From: a virus
IMG/VR virus record: IMGVR_UViG_3300050120_000012
Coordinates: 7,813-71,812 of that record
Reading direction: 5' to 3' (one strand)
Length of the DNA stretch: 64,000 bases
Shown: positions 9,505 to 18,229 of the stretch, piece after piece
Position numbering within the stretch: the stretch's first letter is position 1
Layout: every line of letters starts with the position of its first letter
The notes under the pieces: model-generated
Told to the model about the DNA's origin: nothing
Databases searched by the model: none
What the model saw: the letters and a program-made list of their open reading frames with translations, nothing else
Program-made: the position numbers and the translations under genes

Positions 9505-9788
9505 CACAAATCCTCCGAACAGAGTTCAGCATGATCTTTGCGTTCGTCGGTTATGATTTGACCGGCGGCGATTGCGACCTTCTTCGCCCAAGTTCGATTA
9601 ATGAATGGAAAGCGATTCGTGCTGAAGCCTTGCATTCCACCGATGGTCTCACCATATCGTTCATGCAGGGCTTTGATGAGATCACCATGCCGGGCAGGCT
9701 TTGGCATCACGACGGCGCGTCCACGGTGAATGATGCTGACGCCAGTGATCCGTTCAGTCGTGTGCGTGAGATCAATGACAACCGCCAT
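9501..9788 (-). CDS. conserved phage hypothetical protein
   Basis: PARH...QGF...FINR..A..AGQI...SEDLW, a family pattern I recognise. Confidence 0.8.
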   Translation of the reverse strand: MAVVIDLTHTTERITGVSIIHRGRAVVMPKPARHGDLIKALHERYGETIGGMQGFSTNRFPFINRTWAKKVAIAAGQIITDERKDHAELCSEDLW

Positions 9789-9912
9789 TGGTCATCCTTC
9801 CTATGTAAAATGCGATGGCTTCACCGACACATAGCAGGACAGCCGTTGCGATGGTGGTGAGGATCGCCCTGATCTGGAGACCATTAGGGGAGTTCCAACG
9901 TGGGAGCTTCAT
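9772..9912 (-). CDS. small membrane protein (46 aa)
   Basis: Hand-translated MKLPRWNSPNGLQIRAILTTIATAVLLCVGEAIAFYIG...; ATGA coupling. Confidence 0.55.
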   Translation of the reverse strand: MKLPRWNSPNGLQIRAILTTIATAVLLCVGEAIAFYIGRMTNGGCH

Positions 9913-10187
9913 TCAGCGTGATCCTTATAGTACCACACCCATTTGGTGATCGGCTTGAACTTGGCGAATGTCACAAGTGACCATAGTCCGGTCTCCTGAT
10001 CTTTCGCAACGATGTCGATCCTGATCTGATCCAATGAAATCGACTCCAGCCGGATCAATGAGAGGAAGTCGCGCAAGGCGTACACCTTCACTTCGTCGAG
10101 ATCAGGATTGGTGGAGACCTGTGATTTGATGACCGTCCTGCCAACTTGGGCGCGGATCATGAACCATTCTATAGGTGTGTTAGACAT
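9909..10187 (-). CDS. hypothetical protein
   Basis: ORF from MSNTPIEW. Confidence 0.6.
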   Translation of the reverse strand: MSNTPIEWFMIRAQVGRTVIKSQVSTNPDLDEVKVYALRDFLSLIRLESISLDQIRIDIVAKDQETGLWSLVTFAKFKPITKWVWYYKDHAE

Positions 10188-10449
10188 CGGTGATCGGCTC
10201 CACTCGCGGCTCATCGGTTTGGGGCCAGCACGTTGTATGGGGAATCTCCGAAATGTCCATCTTGGTTTTCCAGTGTGAACCACAGACTCGGCACATGAGG
10301 TAGGACATTGCAGACCATCGTGGCTGATAACCATTGAACGCCGATCTGGATTCATGGTCGATCAGTACCACCCATTGCCTCGGGCGCTGATTTGATCCAG
10401 CCGGTACGATCTGTGGCCGGTTTCGTTCCGTGCAGCGACAGGCGCTCAT
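10180..10449 (-). CDS. hypothetical Zn-ribbon protein
   Basis: MSACRC...SAFNGY...S...CRVCGSHWKTK; ATGA coupling. Confidence 0.75.
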   Translation of the reverse strand: MSACRCTERNRPQIVPAGSNQRPRQWVVLIDHESRSAFNGYQPRWSAMSYLMCRVCGSHWKTKMDISEIPHTTCWPQTDEPRVEPITDV

Positions 10450-11087
10450 ATGATGTCCCAATCCAAAGAAGGATCGTCGAAGTCCGGTTCGGGTTCTTCA
10501 GTCTTACGGATCGGATCGCCGAACCCGTCTGTCTCGCCGGTCCACATAGACTCGACGGTCTTACGGAAGAGTTCGATGCGGTCTTTGTCAGGCTGGCGTA
10601 GTTCCGCTCGCGCTTGGATTGATCCGGGGGGTGGTAAAGAGGGGGTGCGCTCTAACCACTCCACGACAGTTTCAGTGTCGAGCGCGAGATCGACGATGCC
10701 GGTACGCGGACGTATGGTGAGGAAGTCTAAATCCTTCAGTGGCTTCATCCACCATCGCTCAGTCTTAGCGGGCATGGTCAAAAGACCGACGATGATCTCT
10801 TCGCCTAAACCGTCCAAGAAACGATCTGGACTGAACTCGCCGGTCGATTTGATGAGTGAATGACGCAAGGCTGCACCGACGACAGTCAGGCTATACATGC
10901 CATCTAGCTCGCGCCGCATGAGGCCATTCTTGACGCATAATTGTAGGGCTCGGGAGCGATTGACTGTGACAGCCGACTCCGATTTGCGCCCGCCTGACTT
11001 GGGCCGGTACATGGGGGATGAACCCATCTCATCCACAAGCTCAGCAAAGCCGGGATAGATTCTATGGGGCAGAGATCGGGGTTCCAT
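10446..11087 (-). CDS. hypothetical protein, possible wHTH, ending EPDFDDPSLDWDII
   Basis: First gene of the leftward operon; LQLCVKNGLM..DGMYSLTVVG looks like a wing. Confidence 0.75.
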   Translation of the reverse strand: MEPRSLPHRIYPGFAELVDEMGSSPMYRPKSGGRKSESAVTVNRSRALQLCVKNGLMRRELDGMYSLTVVGAALRHSLIKSTGEFSPDRFLDGLGEEIIVGLLTMPAKTERWWMKPLKDLDFLTIRPRTGIVDLALDTETVVEWLERTPSLPPPGSIQARAELRQPDKDRIELFRKTVESMWTGETDGFGDPIRKTEEPEPDFDDPSLDWDII

Positions 11088-11575
11088 GAAGCGTGAATCC
11101 TGTGAAGAATGTATGCTTAGAGGGTATTTTATCCTCTGTCAAATGGGCTAAAACCTTGGGGACAAATCCGGCGGAGTTTCACACGGCATACATATTCGGT
11201 TTATGTCAGCATATACAGTATGCGAGCATATGCAATGTCCTACATATTTGGTATTATACTGTTTTGGGGTACATTTTCATCATTCATCTCAGCGCATCAA
11301 ATCAACTCACTTACAATGTGTACCTTTTAAGTGTGCTAACGGCCTAATTGAACACTCTTATCTACTAGATAAATAGATAAAAGGATAAAAACAGCCCTCG
11401 ATTTGATCGGAAATGGCCCTAATCGTCCATCTGCATGGGCTCTCCCTTGGCCGTTTCAGGAGCCAACCGTTGCAGATCGACTTTTCGGATCGGGTTTCAT
11501 TTTGAAGAGTGGAATCGCACTAAGGAATGGCTCAAAAGTGGATAAAAACAGCACAGGATGGACTGCGCAGCCTCA

Positions 11576-11802
11576 TTAACCTTAACGGACGATTAACCTT
11601 AATGCCATGTTAAGGTTGACGCTTCATTAGGGTTAAGGGTCGGTCGATAGACATGAACAACACGTTAAGGTTAATTCTGGATAAATCTTACGATGGTGTT
11701 AAGGTTGATGGATCATTAAGGTTAATTCTGGATAAAACCTAACGAGCGTTAACCTTGATGAAAATACACCTTAAGAAAGTTCGATTGTTAGTGACTTGTT
11801 AG
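11576..11802. promoter_or_regulatory. tandem array of CtrA-box-like sites (TTAA-N7-TTAA, 17 bp period)
   Basis: Perfect boxes at 11582-11596 and 11599-11613; degenerate boxes at 11616, 11654, 11671, 11688, 11705, 11722 and 11788. Confidence 0.7.
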
Positions 11803-11819
11803 GAAAGACGCTATAGATT
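11788..11819 (+). promoter_or_regulatory. putative promoter with a CtrA-like box at the -35 position and GCTATAGA -10 element
   Basis: TTAG-N7-TTAG at 11788-11802, then GCTATAGA at 11810-11817, similar to the Caulobacter sigma70 -10 element. Confidence 0.45.
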
Positions 11820-11853
11820 GACGCCATAGGGGAACGACGCCCGCCGCGATCTT

Positions 11854-11930
11854 TGACATTGTGAATCCCCGTCTCGCGCTATAAAGGCGCGACTGATGAG
11901 CCTCAGTTAAGGCGAAACGGGAATATGTCA
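11854..11930 (+). ncRNA. type III hammerhead ribozyme
   Basis: GUC cleavage triplet 11871-73; stem I 11874-80/11886-92; core CUGAUGA 11893-99; stem II GCCU/AGGC 11900-03/11910-13; GAAA 11914-17; stem III CCCGU/ACGGG 11868-72/11917-21. Confidence 0.88.
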
Positions 11931-12088
11931 TGTTCGGCAAAACTAACATGCAAACGAAAATGGCGACCTTCAATCAAAGGTCGCTGAATGTGTCGCCAGC
12001 GTGGAACGGCATTTATGAACTGCGCAACTATCGCCGCTCGCAATCGCTGGCGGGTCGCCTCGCGGCTCTTCTCGGAAAGGTCGCCTAA
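11930..12088 (+). CDS. small hypothetical protein (52 aa, MFGKTNMQTK...)
   Basis: Hand-translated; GGGA upstream; TAATG coupling to the next gene. Confidence 0.6.
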   Translation: MFGKTNMQTKMATFNQRSLNVSPAWNGIYELRNYRRSQSLAGRLAALLGKVA

Positions 12089-12279
12089 TGGCTCGCACCT
12101 TTCATCACGACATGATGGCGGCGCTAGACGCCGAAACCTACAGCGGTCGGACGACTCCCGACAAAACGCATTACGCCATGCGCCGCGCTCTTCGTAAGGC
12201 AAACATGCGCGGTTCTGCGATCATGAATGACAAACAACTCGCAATGGCTACCTTGGCCGAATTGGCGGAGTGGAAATAA
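12088..12279 (+). CDS. small hypothetical protein
   Basis: TAATG coupling at both ends. Confidence 0.7.
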   Translation: MARTFHHDMMAALDAETYSGRTTPDKTHYAMRRALRKANMRGSAIMNDKQLAMATLAELAEWK

Positions 12280-12743
12280 TGGGCTATTTCGGACGCGCTG
12301 GCGACGCTGGACGCCTTACCAAAGACGATATGACTCCGGTGAACGCGGTTAGCTCGCGCAAGGCTGGACATAATCGCATCACTTGGACAAATGATCGCGG
12401 CTTCAAGCATTTTCGCTTGATACAAACCGACGTTGTTTCGACTACGCCGGACGGTCAAGAAATCATGATCGATACGAACGGCTTTGATAGTCGCACGACT
12501 TCCACCGCGATCATGCAAGCCGTCGATTTGTTCTACTTCGGACGCATGAGCGTGGCTAATGGTTCGTGGTATATCGGCAATGTGTGGATGCGGTCTAAGA
12601 CGCGCGAAACAAACACGCTCTTATTGATCCGCTACAATGCCGGAACTGCGACCTATGAACGTGAGGAAATCGCGTTCGATGAAAAGATCGAAGTGAAGCG
12701 CGACCCGAAAACGGGCGATCTCACTTGGAAATCTGATCTCTAA
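12279..12743 (+). CDS. hypothetical protein
   Basis: ORF from MGYFGRAG with GGAG upstream. Confidence 0.75.
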   Translation: MGYFGRAGDAGRLTKDDMTPVNAVSSRKAGHNRITWTNDRGFKHFRLIQTDVVSTTPDGQEIMIDTNGFDSRTTSTAIMQAVDLFYFGRMSVANGSWYIGNVWMRSKTRETNTLLLIRYNAGTATYEREEIAFDEKIEVKRDPKTGDLTWKSDL

Positions 12744-12786
12744 ACTTAAACCGCGCGAGATAGCGCAAACCTGAAAGACTAAACAA

Positions 12787-13245
12787 ATGACCTATTACGT
12801 TTTCGACAATGGCGAAGCGATGGAAGCCAGCCATGAAATCAAAGACGCGAAAGCCGTTTCTAAAGCGGTCTATCTCAAGGCTCGCGCTGAATATGCCAAA
12901 AAGCGGCTTCTGACGATGATCTCGCCCAAAGACACGATTTATTGCGTCCTGAAGCATCGCGCGCCGTCCGGCATGTCGCGGAGTATCGAGTTCCTGATAA
13001 CGTGGTCTAAGGACGGCAAAACCGGCATACAGTCGATCACTCATTATATGGCTGATCTTGGCTGGAAATTCGATCAAACACACGGCGGTTTGAGGATCGG
13101 CGGTTGTGGGATGGATGCGGGTTTCGGCGCGGTCTATAGCTTGGGTCGCATCTTGTGGACGAACGGTACAGACAAGCCGCACGGCGTGCGCAATGGCGAA
13201 CCTGATAGCGATGGCGGTTACGCTATCGGTCATAGCTGGCTTTAA
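12787..13245 (+). CDS. conserved phage hypothetical protein
   Basis: DTIYCVLKH..PSGMSRSI...GGCGMDAGF..VYSLGR pattern. Confidence 0.8.
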   Translation: MTYYVFDNGEAMEASHEIKDAKAVSKAVYLKARAEYAKKRLLTMISPKDTIYCVLKHRAPSGMSRSIEFLITWSKDGKTGIQSITHYMADLGWKFDQTHGGLRIGGCGMDAGFGAVYSLGRILWTNGTDKPHGVRNGEPDSDGGYAIGHSWL

Positions 13246-13259
13246 TCGGAGTTCATGCA

Positions 13260-13670
13260 ATGACAATCAAAGACGAACTAATCAGCGCCGAAACCGCAAC
13301 GCAAATCCGCGCCAATGTTGACACGTTCAACGCTTGGCTTGGTGATCGCCGCTCATGGCGACCTGAAGAAGTTCCTTCGCATATCGTCCAAGTGACGAAC
13401 GATCAAAAAGGCGAACTAGAACGTTTTGAGACGTTCCGCGATATGCCGTCCAAGTTGTTCGTATATGTGAAGATATATGGTGCGAACGATGTAACTGCGA
13501 CCGTCTGGACTGGTCAACCGCTTGGACATGGCAAAGCGTCAACTGCATATCGCAGCAACTTCGGAGATCGTCGCCGCTCGATAACCATTACGATCAACGG
13601 CCAAAAGTACCACGGAACGGCATACGTTGACGCTGGCGACTATGCGCGATTAACGAAGTCCAAGCGATGA
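13260..13670 (+). CDS. conserved phage hypothetical protein
   Basis: GGAG RBS; TVWTG..LG...RSNFG..R...Y.G pattern. Confidence 0.75.
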   Translation: MTIKDELISAETATQIRANVDTFNAWLGDRRSWRPEEVPSHIVQVTNDQKGELERFETFRDMPSKLFVYVKIYGANDVTATVWTGQPLGHGKASTAYRSNFGDRRRSITITINGQKYHGTAYVDAGDYARLTKSKR

Positions 13671-13864
13671 GCGAACGCTTTAACAGGTGCGCAGCACGAA
13701 CAAGCGTCATCATCCATCATAATCAATCAACGGTTAAGCATCTTCGATGGCATGTGCTGATGCACAGACTAGACCATATGATCGTTAACGCATTTATACT
13801 GTCGTTAGTCTTTCATCATCACAGACACCATCAACACAACGGCCATTAGACAAGTAAAACGAAG

Positions 13865-13925
13865 TCAGTACCTCGCCCCTATGCTTTGAAGTTTGTGTAT
13901 AGGGGCGAGGATGACTGATTTATTA
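13865..13925 (+). terminator. strong hairpin closing the small-gene cassette
   Basis: CCTCGCCCCTAT (13871-82) pairs with ATAGGGGCGAGG (13899-910), with flanking TCAGT/ACTGA, followed by TTTATT. Confidence 0.5.
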
Positions 13926-14224
13926 CTGTCTCTTTCCCCCAGACCCCCGTTAACCATTTTGCTACGGCGGGTATCTCAACGGTCGCGCCGATCCAATTTC
14001 CCAAATAGTGCATCTCAACGTAGTCCATCGAAAAATGGATAAAAAAGTAGCCCAATACAGCGTTTTTATCCAGAAATCCTCAAATCAGAGCCCGATCAGA
14101 GGAAAACTCGATAAAAACGTCATCGGAGGCCACTTCCCCACTCAGCACACCATAAAATGCGACAAATCGGAAAATTCCAGAAAAATTCTGGAAAAGTGCA
14201 TCCCAACCGGCTATCTCATTAACC

Positions 14225-15010
14225 ATGGCGCTTGGACCCGCACAAAAAGCCGAACTGATCGACGCGATTTACGTCAAGCTAGGCGTTCCTGCGGCTGCGG
14301 AACACTGTCATCTGAAGCTCCGCGACGTTCTGACGGAGATGGATGACGATGAGGACTTCGGAGCCGCCGTAGAGCAAGCTATGGCTCACCTGACACCCTT
14401 GGCCGAACAAGAGCTATTCCGCCGGGCAGTCCATGGGACGGAGAATTACGTCGTCAATCAGGGCCGCGTGGTCTTCCTCACCAATTCAGACGGCATATCG
14501 AAGCCTCTGATAGAGAAGAAGTATAGCGATGGCCTCCTGACGAAGTTCCTAGAGGCACGCAAGAAAGACGTTTTTGGAGCCAAAGTCGAAGTTGCTCACA
14601 AGCATAGCGGCTTTATTGCCGTCCCGGTCATGTCCATGGAGGAAATCCAGAACATGCTCGACTCTCCGGGAGATGAAGTGACCTTTATCGACGCCAGCTA
14701 TCAAGAGATCGTCGGTCAACGCCCCTTGGCCGTTGCAGATGCCGATGTTGAGGCCGATTGGCCGCCTCAGAGCGCGGATAGCGAGCCTCGGGCCTCACAA
14801 GCTGTTATCCAAGAGCGTGTCCGCGCTCTGACGACGCCCCGGCAAGAGCCCGAACTGATCGACTTCGACCCTCGGGACGACGCCATGGAGTTCGTCATGG
14901 ATCGGCTGGAGGATGAGCCGGACTTTGAGTTCGTCACGGCTGAGATCGAAGACACCGCCGAAGAGCTTAAGACGTTCGACGATGACGATGAACCGGACTT
15001 CGGCGTCTAA
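14225..15010 (+). CDS. terS: terminase small subunit (putative) with long acidic C-terminal extension
   Basis: Directly before terL; E.ELFRRAV.G...KYSD.LL..FLEA pattern. Confidence 0.7.
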   Translation: MALGPAQKAELIDAIYVKLGVPAAAEHCHLKLRDVLTEMDDDEDFGAAVEQAMAHLTPLAEQELFRRAVHGTENYVVNQGRVVFLTNSDGISKPLIEKKYSDGLLTKFLEARKKDVFGAKVEVAHKHSGFIAVPVMSMEEIQNMLDSPGDEVTFIDASYQEIVGQRPLAVADADVEADWPPQSADSEPRASQAVIQERVRALTTPRQEPELIDFDPRDDAMEFVMDRLEDEPDFEFVTAEIEDTAEELKTFDDDDEPDFGV

Positions 15011-16608
15011 TGGCTCAAGTTGCAACCGCACTCAAGCCCGTAGGCTCCCAATCTTATGTCAATCATAAGAAGCGCCTGACGAAGGACGCCACTTGGAAGC
15101 CCCAAGGTAAGGCCCAAGCCATCGCGCTCGCCTGTACGATGGTCAACGAAGTCCTCATGGAGGGCAATCGCGGCGGCGGTAAGACTATCACCCTCATCAT
15201 GACCTACGTCTCCCAAGTCGGACGCGGATGGGGTGCGAACTGGCGCGGCGTGATCTTCCGTCAGACCCATCCCGCGCTGAAGGACATCATCAAACAATCC
15301 AAGCAATGGATTCCGCTGATCTATCCCGGCGCGAAGTTCACTCACAATGATAGCACATGGACTTTCCCTGAAGGCGAACAACTGACATTCAGCCACTTCG
15401 CCAATCCCGACGACTATAAAGCATGGCACGGCCAAGAGCTTCCATTCATTGGATGGGAAGAACTCACCAACTGGTCTAACGATGAATGCTATTCCGTTAT
15501 GCTGTCCTGCAATCGTTCCTCGGCTGCGCCAAATCCTCTCACAGGCGAAGAGATGCCCCGGATCGTTCGCTCGACCACAAACCCATACGGCCCCGGACGG
15601 CTATGGGTGAAAGAACGGTGGGAACTCCCCGACATGCGCGGGAAGATCAGGACCGGGCTTGTGAACGACAAAGGCGAATCTCTTGGGGATCGCCTCGCTA
15701 TCCAGTTCTCGCTCGAATCTAACAAGATCATGCTCGACAATGACCCGAACTATCGGGCCAAGGTGCGCGCCGCGACCCAAGGCAATGAGGCCATGGAGAA
15801 GGCGTGGCTCGACGGGGATTGGGAGATCAGTGTCGGGGGCATGTTTGACGACCTGTGGGACCGTAAGGTACACGTCGTGGAACCCTTTGACCTACCCGGC
15901 GGTTCTACTCGTGGCGGCGGTGGCTGGAAGCTCTATAGGGCCTTCGATTACGGTTTCAGTAAGCCTTACTCCATAGGTCTTTACGCGGTATCCGATGGGA
16001 CACCATATCATGATCGTCAAGGCAATCTTCACACTTCTATTAACGGTGACGTATATCGCGTTGCCGAAATCTATGGTTGGGACGGGAAACCTAATCATGG
16101 ATGCAGGGAAGAGCCCGGCGAGATCGCCCAACGCCTGCTAGACTTTGAGATTGCTTGGGGAATACATGGGCTAGTCCAGCCCGGCCCCGCCGACTTGAAC
16201 ATCTTCTCTCGCGAACAAGGCAAGGCGATGCACGATGAGTTCGTGTCTCGCAAGGTCAACTTCCGCAAGGCGGCCAAGGAACCCGGCTCGCGCGTCCGGG
16301 GATGGATGCTGATCCGTCAGAAGCTCCTGAACGCCCTCCCGCGCTACCTCAATCCCGATGGGACGATTGTGTCGTCCAAGGATCGGAAGAAGGTCCACCC
16401 GGACGCCAAGCCTCTGCGTCGGGAAGAGCCTGCATTGTTCTTCTTCGGTGAAGACCGTAACAAGCATTTGCTGCGGACGATGATTGGTGCGCCGCGAGAT
16501 GAGAAGAACCCGGACGACATTGACACAGACTATGAAGATCACGCTCTGGACGAACTTCGATACTATATGACAACGAAGAAGATAGAGATCAAGCAAAGCA
16601 ACTATTGA
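15010..16608 (+). CDS. terL: terminase large subunit
   Basis: Walker A GNRGGGKT, Walker B FIGWEE, TTNP coupling motif, AFDYG and DHALDELRY nuclease motifs. Confidence 0.95.
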   Translation: MAQVATALKPVGSQSYVNHKKRLTKDATWKPQGKAQAIALACTMVNEVLMEGNRGGGKTITLIMTYVSQVGRGWGANWRGVIFRQTHPALKDIIKQSKQWIPLIYPGAKFTHNDSTWTFPEGEQLTFSHFANPDDYKAWHGQELPFIGWEELTNWSNDECYSVMLSCNRSSAAPNPLTGEEMPRIVRSTTNPYGPGRLWVKERWELPDMRGKIRTGLVNDKGESLGDRLAIQFSLESNKIMLDNDPNYRAKVRAATQGNEAMEKAWLDGDWEISVGGMFDDLWDRKVHVVEPFDLPGGSTRGGGGWKLYRAFDYGFSKPYSIGLYAVSDGTPYHDRQGNLHTSINGDVYRVAEIYGWDGKPNHGCREEPGEIAQRLLDFEIAWGIHGLVQPGPADLNIFSREQGKAMHDEFVSRKVNFRKAAKEPGSRVRGWMLIRQKLLNALPRYLNPDGTIVSSKDRKKVHPDAKPLRREEPALFFFGEDRNKHLLRTMIGAPRDEKNPDDIDTDYEDHALDELRYYMTTKKIEIKQSNY

Positions 16609-16648
16609 CACCTTGCTTTCAACCCCTGTCCCGAAGTAGCTTGACCCT

Positions 16649-18220
16649 ATGGCCCGCGCACCCCGACCCACAAAAGCCAATGCCGCTTCGGTGAATCCGA
16701 ACACCAAGTCGCTCGAATGGCAGTCTATGAGCTACAAGTGGTGGCTCATGGCGACATGCTGGAGCGGAACGGCTTCGATGCGTGACGCCGGGCAAATCCT
16801 ACTCCCGAAACACCAAGGGGAATCGATCCTCCGCTATAATGATCGTCTCCAGAGCGCCGTCTTCACGAACTACGTCCGACTGACGGTTGAGTTCCTAGTC
16901 GGCAAGCCATTCTCTGAGAAGGTGGTCTTCCGCGATGGAACTCCACAGTCTTTGCTCGATCTCGAATCGGACGTGGATGGGACCGGAAACGATCTCACCA
17001 CCGTTTGCATGGACTTCTTCCAACGTGGCTACAAAGGCGGTCACTCATGGCTCATGATCGACTATCCGTCTGTCATGAACCCCGACAACGTGACGCTGGC
17101 GGACAAGGATAAGCTGAACCTCCGTCCGTACTGGATCGTCATGAATGGCGATGAAGTGCTGGACGCCGATGGGGCGCTGATCGAAGGCAAGTTCTGTTAT
17201 ACCCATATGCGGGTGTCGAAGTCCATCATCGTCAAGGATGGCTATTCGCAATCCATCGTCCGTCAGATTTGGGAATACAATCTCAAGGATCAGAACGTCG
17301 ATCCCGATCCGAACCATGAGCCTGACTATCGCGTCGTGGTGACGATCCACCAAGAGGAAAAGCCCAATAACGACAAGTGGACTATCGTATCGAACACTGT
17401 CACCACAGGTACGCGGATCACCGCCGTCCGTTTCAATAGTGCGCCCGATGGCGACATGACGTTGGAAGACCTTCTCTATCAGAATGTGGCGCACTGGCAA
17501 TCCACCGCCGATCAAAAAGCGTGTCTCGTTATGGCCCGCTTCCCGATCTTGGCCGCCGCCGGGGTTGACGATGACAAGACGTATGTCATCGGCTCCTATG
17601 AACTACTCCGCTCCAGCGATCCGTTGAGCAAGTTCTATTACGTTGAGAACAACGGTACAGCCATCGGCGTCGGATCGAAGGATATTGAGTCCATCGAAAC
17701 CCATATCGCCATGTATGGCGCGACCATGCTGAAGAAGAAGCCGGATCGTCAGTCCGCCACGTCGGCAACGCTCGACGAAGCGCAGAACATGGCTCCGCTC
17801 CAGATCATGGTCCTACAGTTCATGTCCGCCATGGAGCAAGTGTGTGACTACACGCTACTGTGGCTGAACGATCCGGCGGCGACTGACGACAAGACCTATG
17901 GCGTCAACGTCAATCTGGACTTTGCTCTGTCCGAAGAGCAACAGAAGCAAATGTCGTTTATCGAGAATGCGCGTCTTCAAGGCGACATCTCACGCATCCA
18001 ATACTTCACCATGGCGATTGAGCTTGGATATATCCCGTCCAGCTTCCCCATCGCCCTCAATCAGACGCAGATCGAAGCTGAACAAGCCGCCGATCAAGCG
18101 AACCAACTTGCCATCGCCTCTGCAAAGGGTGCGCAAGGAAACAACGGATCGGGAACCGGCGACCCGCTCAACAATCCGAATGATCCCAAGATCACGAAGA
18201 AGAACGTCCCCGCCGTTTAA
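16649..18220 (+). CDS. portal protein (DUF4055-like)
   Basis: Follows terL; 523 aa; LLPK..E...Y..RL..A.F.N and L.DL...N.AHWQS.AD motifs. Confidence 0.88.
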   Translation: MARAPRPTKANAASVNPNTKSLEWQSMSYKWWLMATCWSGTASMRDAGQILLPKHQGESILRYNDRLQSAVFTNYVRLTVEFLVGKPFSEKVVFRDGTPQSLLDLESDVDGTGNDLTTVCMDFFQRGYKGGHSWLMIDYPSVMNPDNVTLADKDKLNLRPYWIVMNGDEVLDADGALIEGKFCYTHMRVSKSIIVKDGYSQSIVRQIWEYNLKDQNVDPDPNHEPDYRVVVTIHQEEKPNNDKWTIVSNTVTTGTRITAVRFNSAPDGDMTLEDLLYQNVAHWQSTADQKACLVMARFPILAAAGVDDDKTYVIGSYELLRSSDPLSKFYYVENNGTAIGVGSKDIESIETHIAMYGATMLKKKPDRQSATSATLDEAQNMAPLQIMVLQFMSAMEQVCDYTLLWLNDPAATDDKTYGVNVNLDFALSEEQQKQMSFIENARLQGDISRIQYFTMAIELGYIPSSFPIALNQTQIEAEQAADQANQLAIASAKGAQGNNGSGTGDPLNNPNDPKITKKNVPAV

Positions 18221-18229
18221 GGATTTCAC

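Noticed and set aside
11093-11347. 84 aa plus-strand ORF in the AT-rich gap
   Set aside because: No RBS and atypical composition; more likely promoter or terminus DNA.
11576-11760. CRISPR-like array or tandem repeat expansion
   Set aside because: The conserved units are about 10 bp with 7 bp spacers, far too short for CRISPR. The Cas4-like gene is a typical phage exonuclease 40 kb away.
11853-11885. TTGACA...TATAAA sigma70 promoter
   Set aside because: The spacer is 21 bp, and both hexamers are better explained as parts of the hammerhead (stem III extension and loop I).
13667-14346. ORFs 13667..13849 and 14008..14346
   Set aside because: Low-complexity or atypical composition, and the second overlaps terS; treated as probably non-coding.
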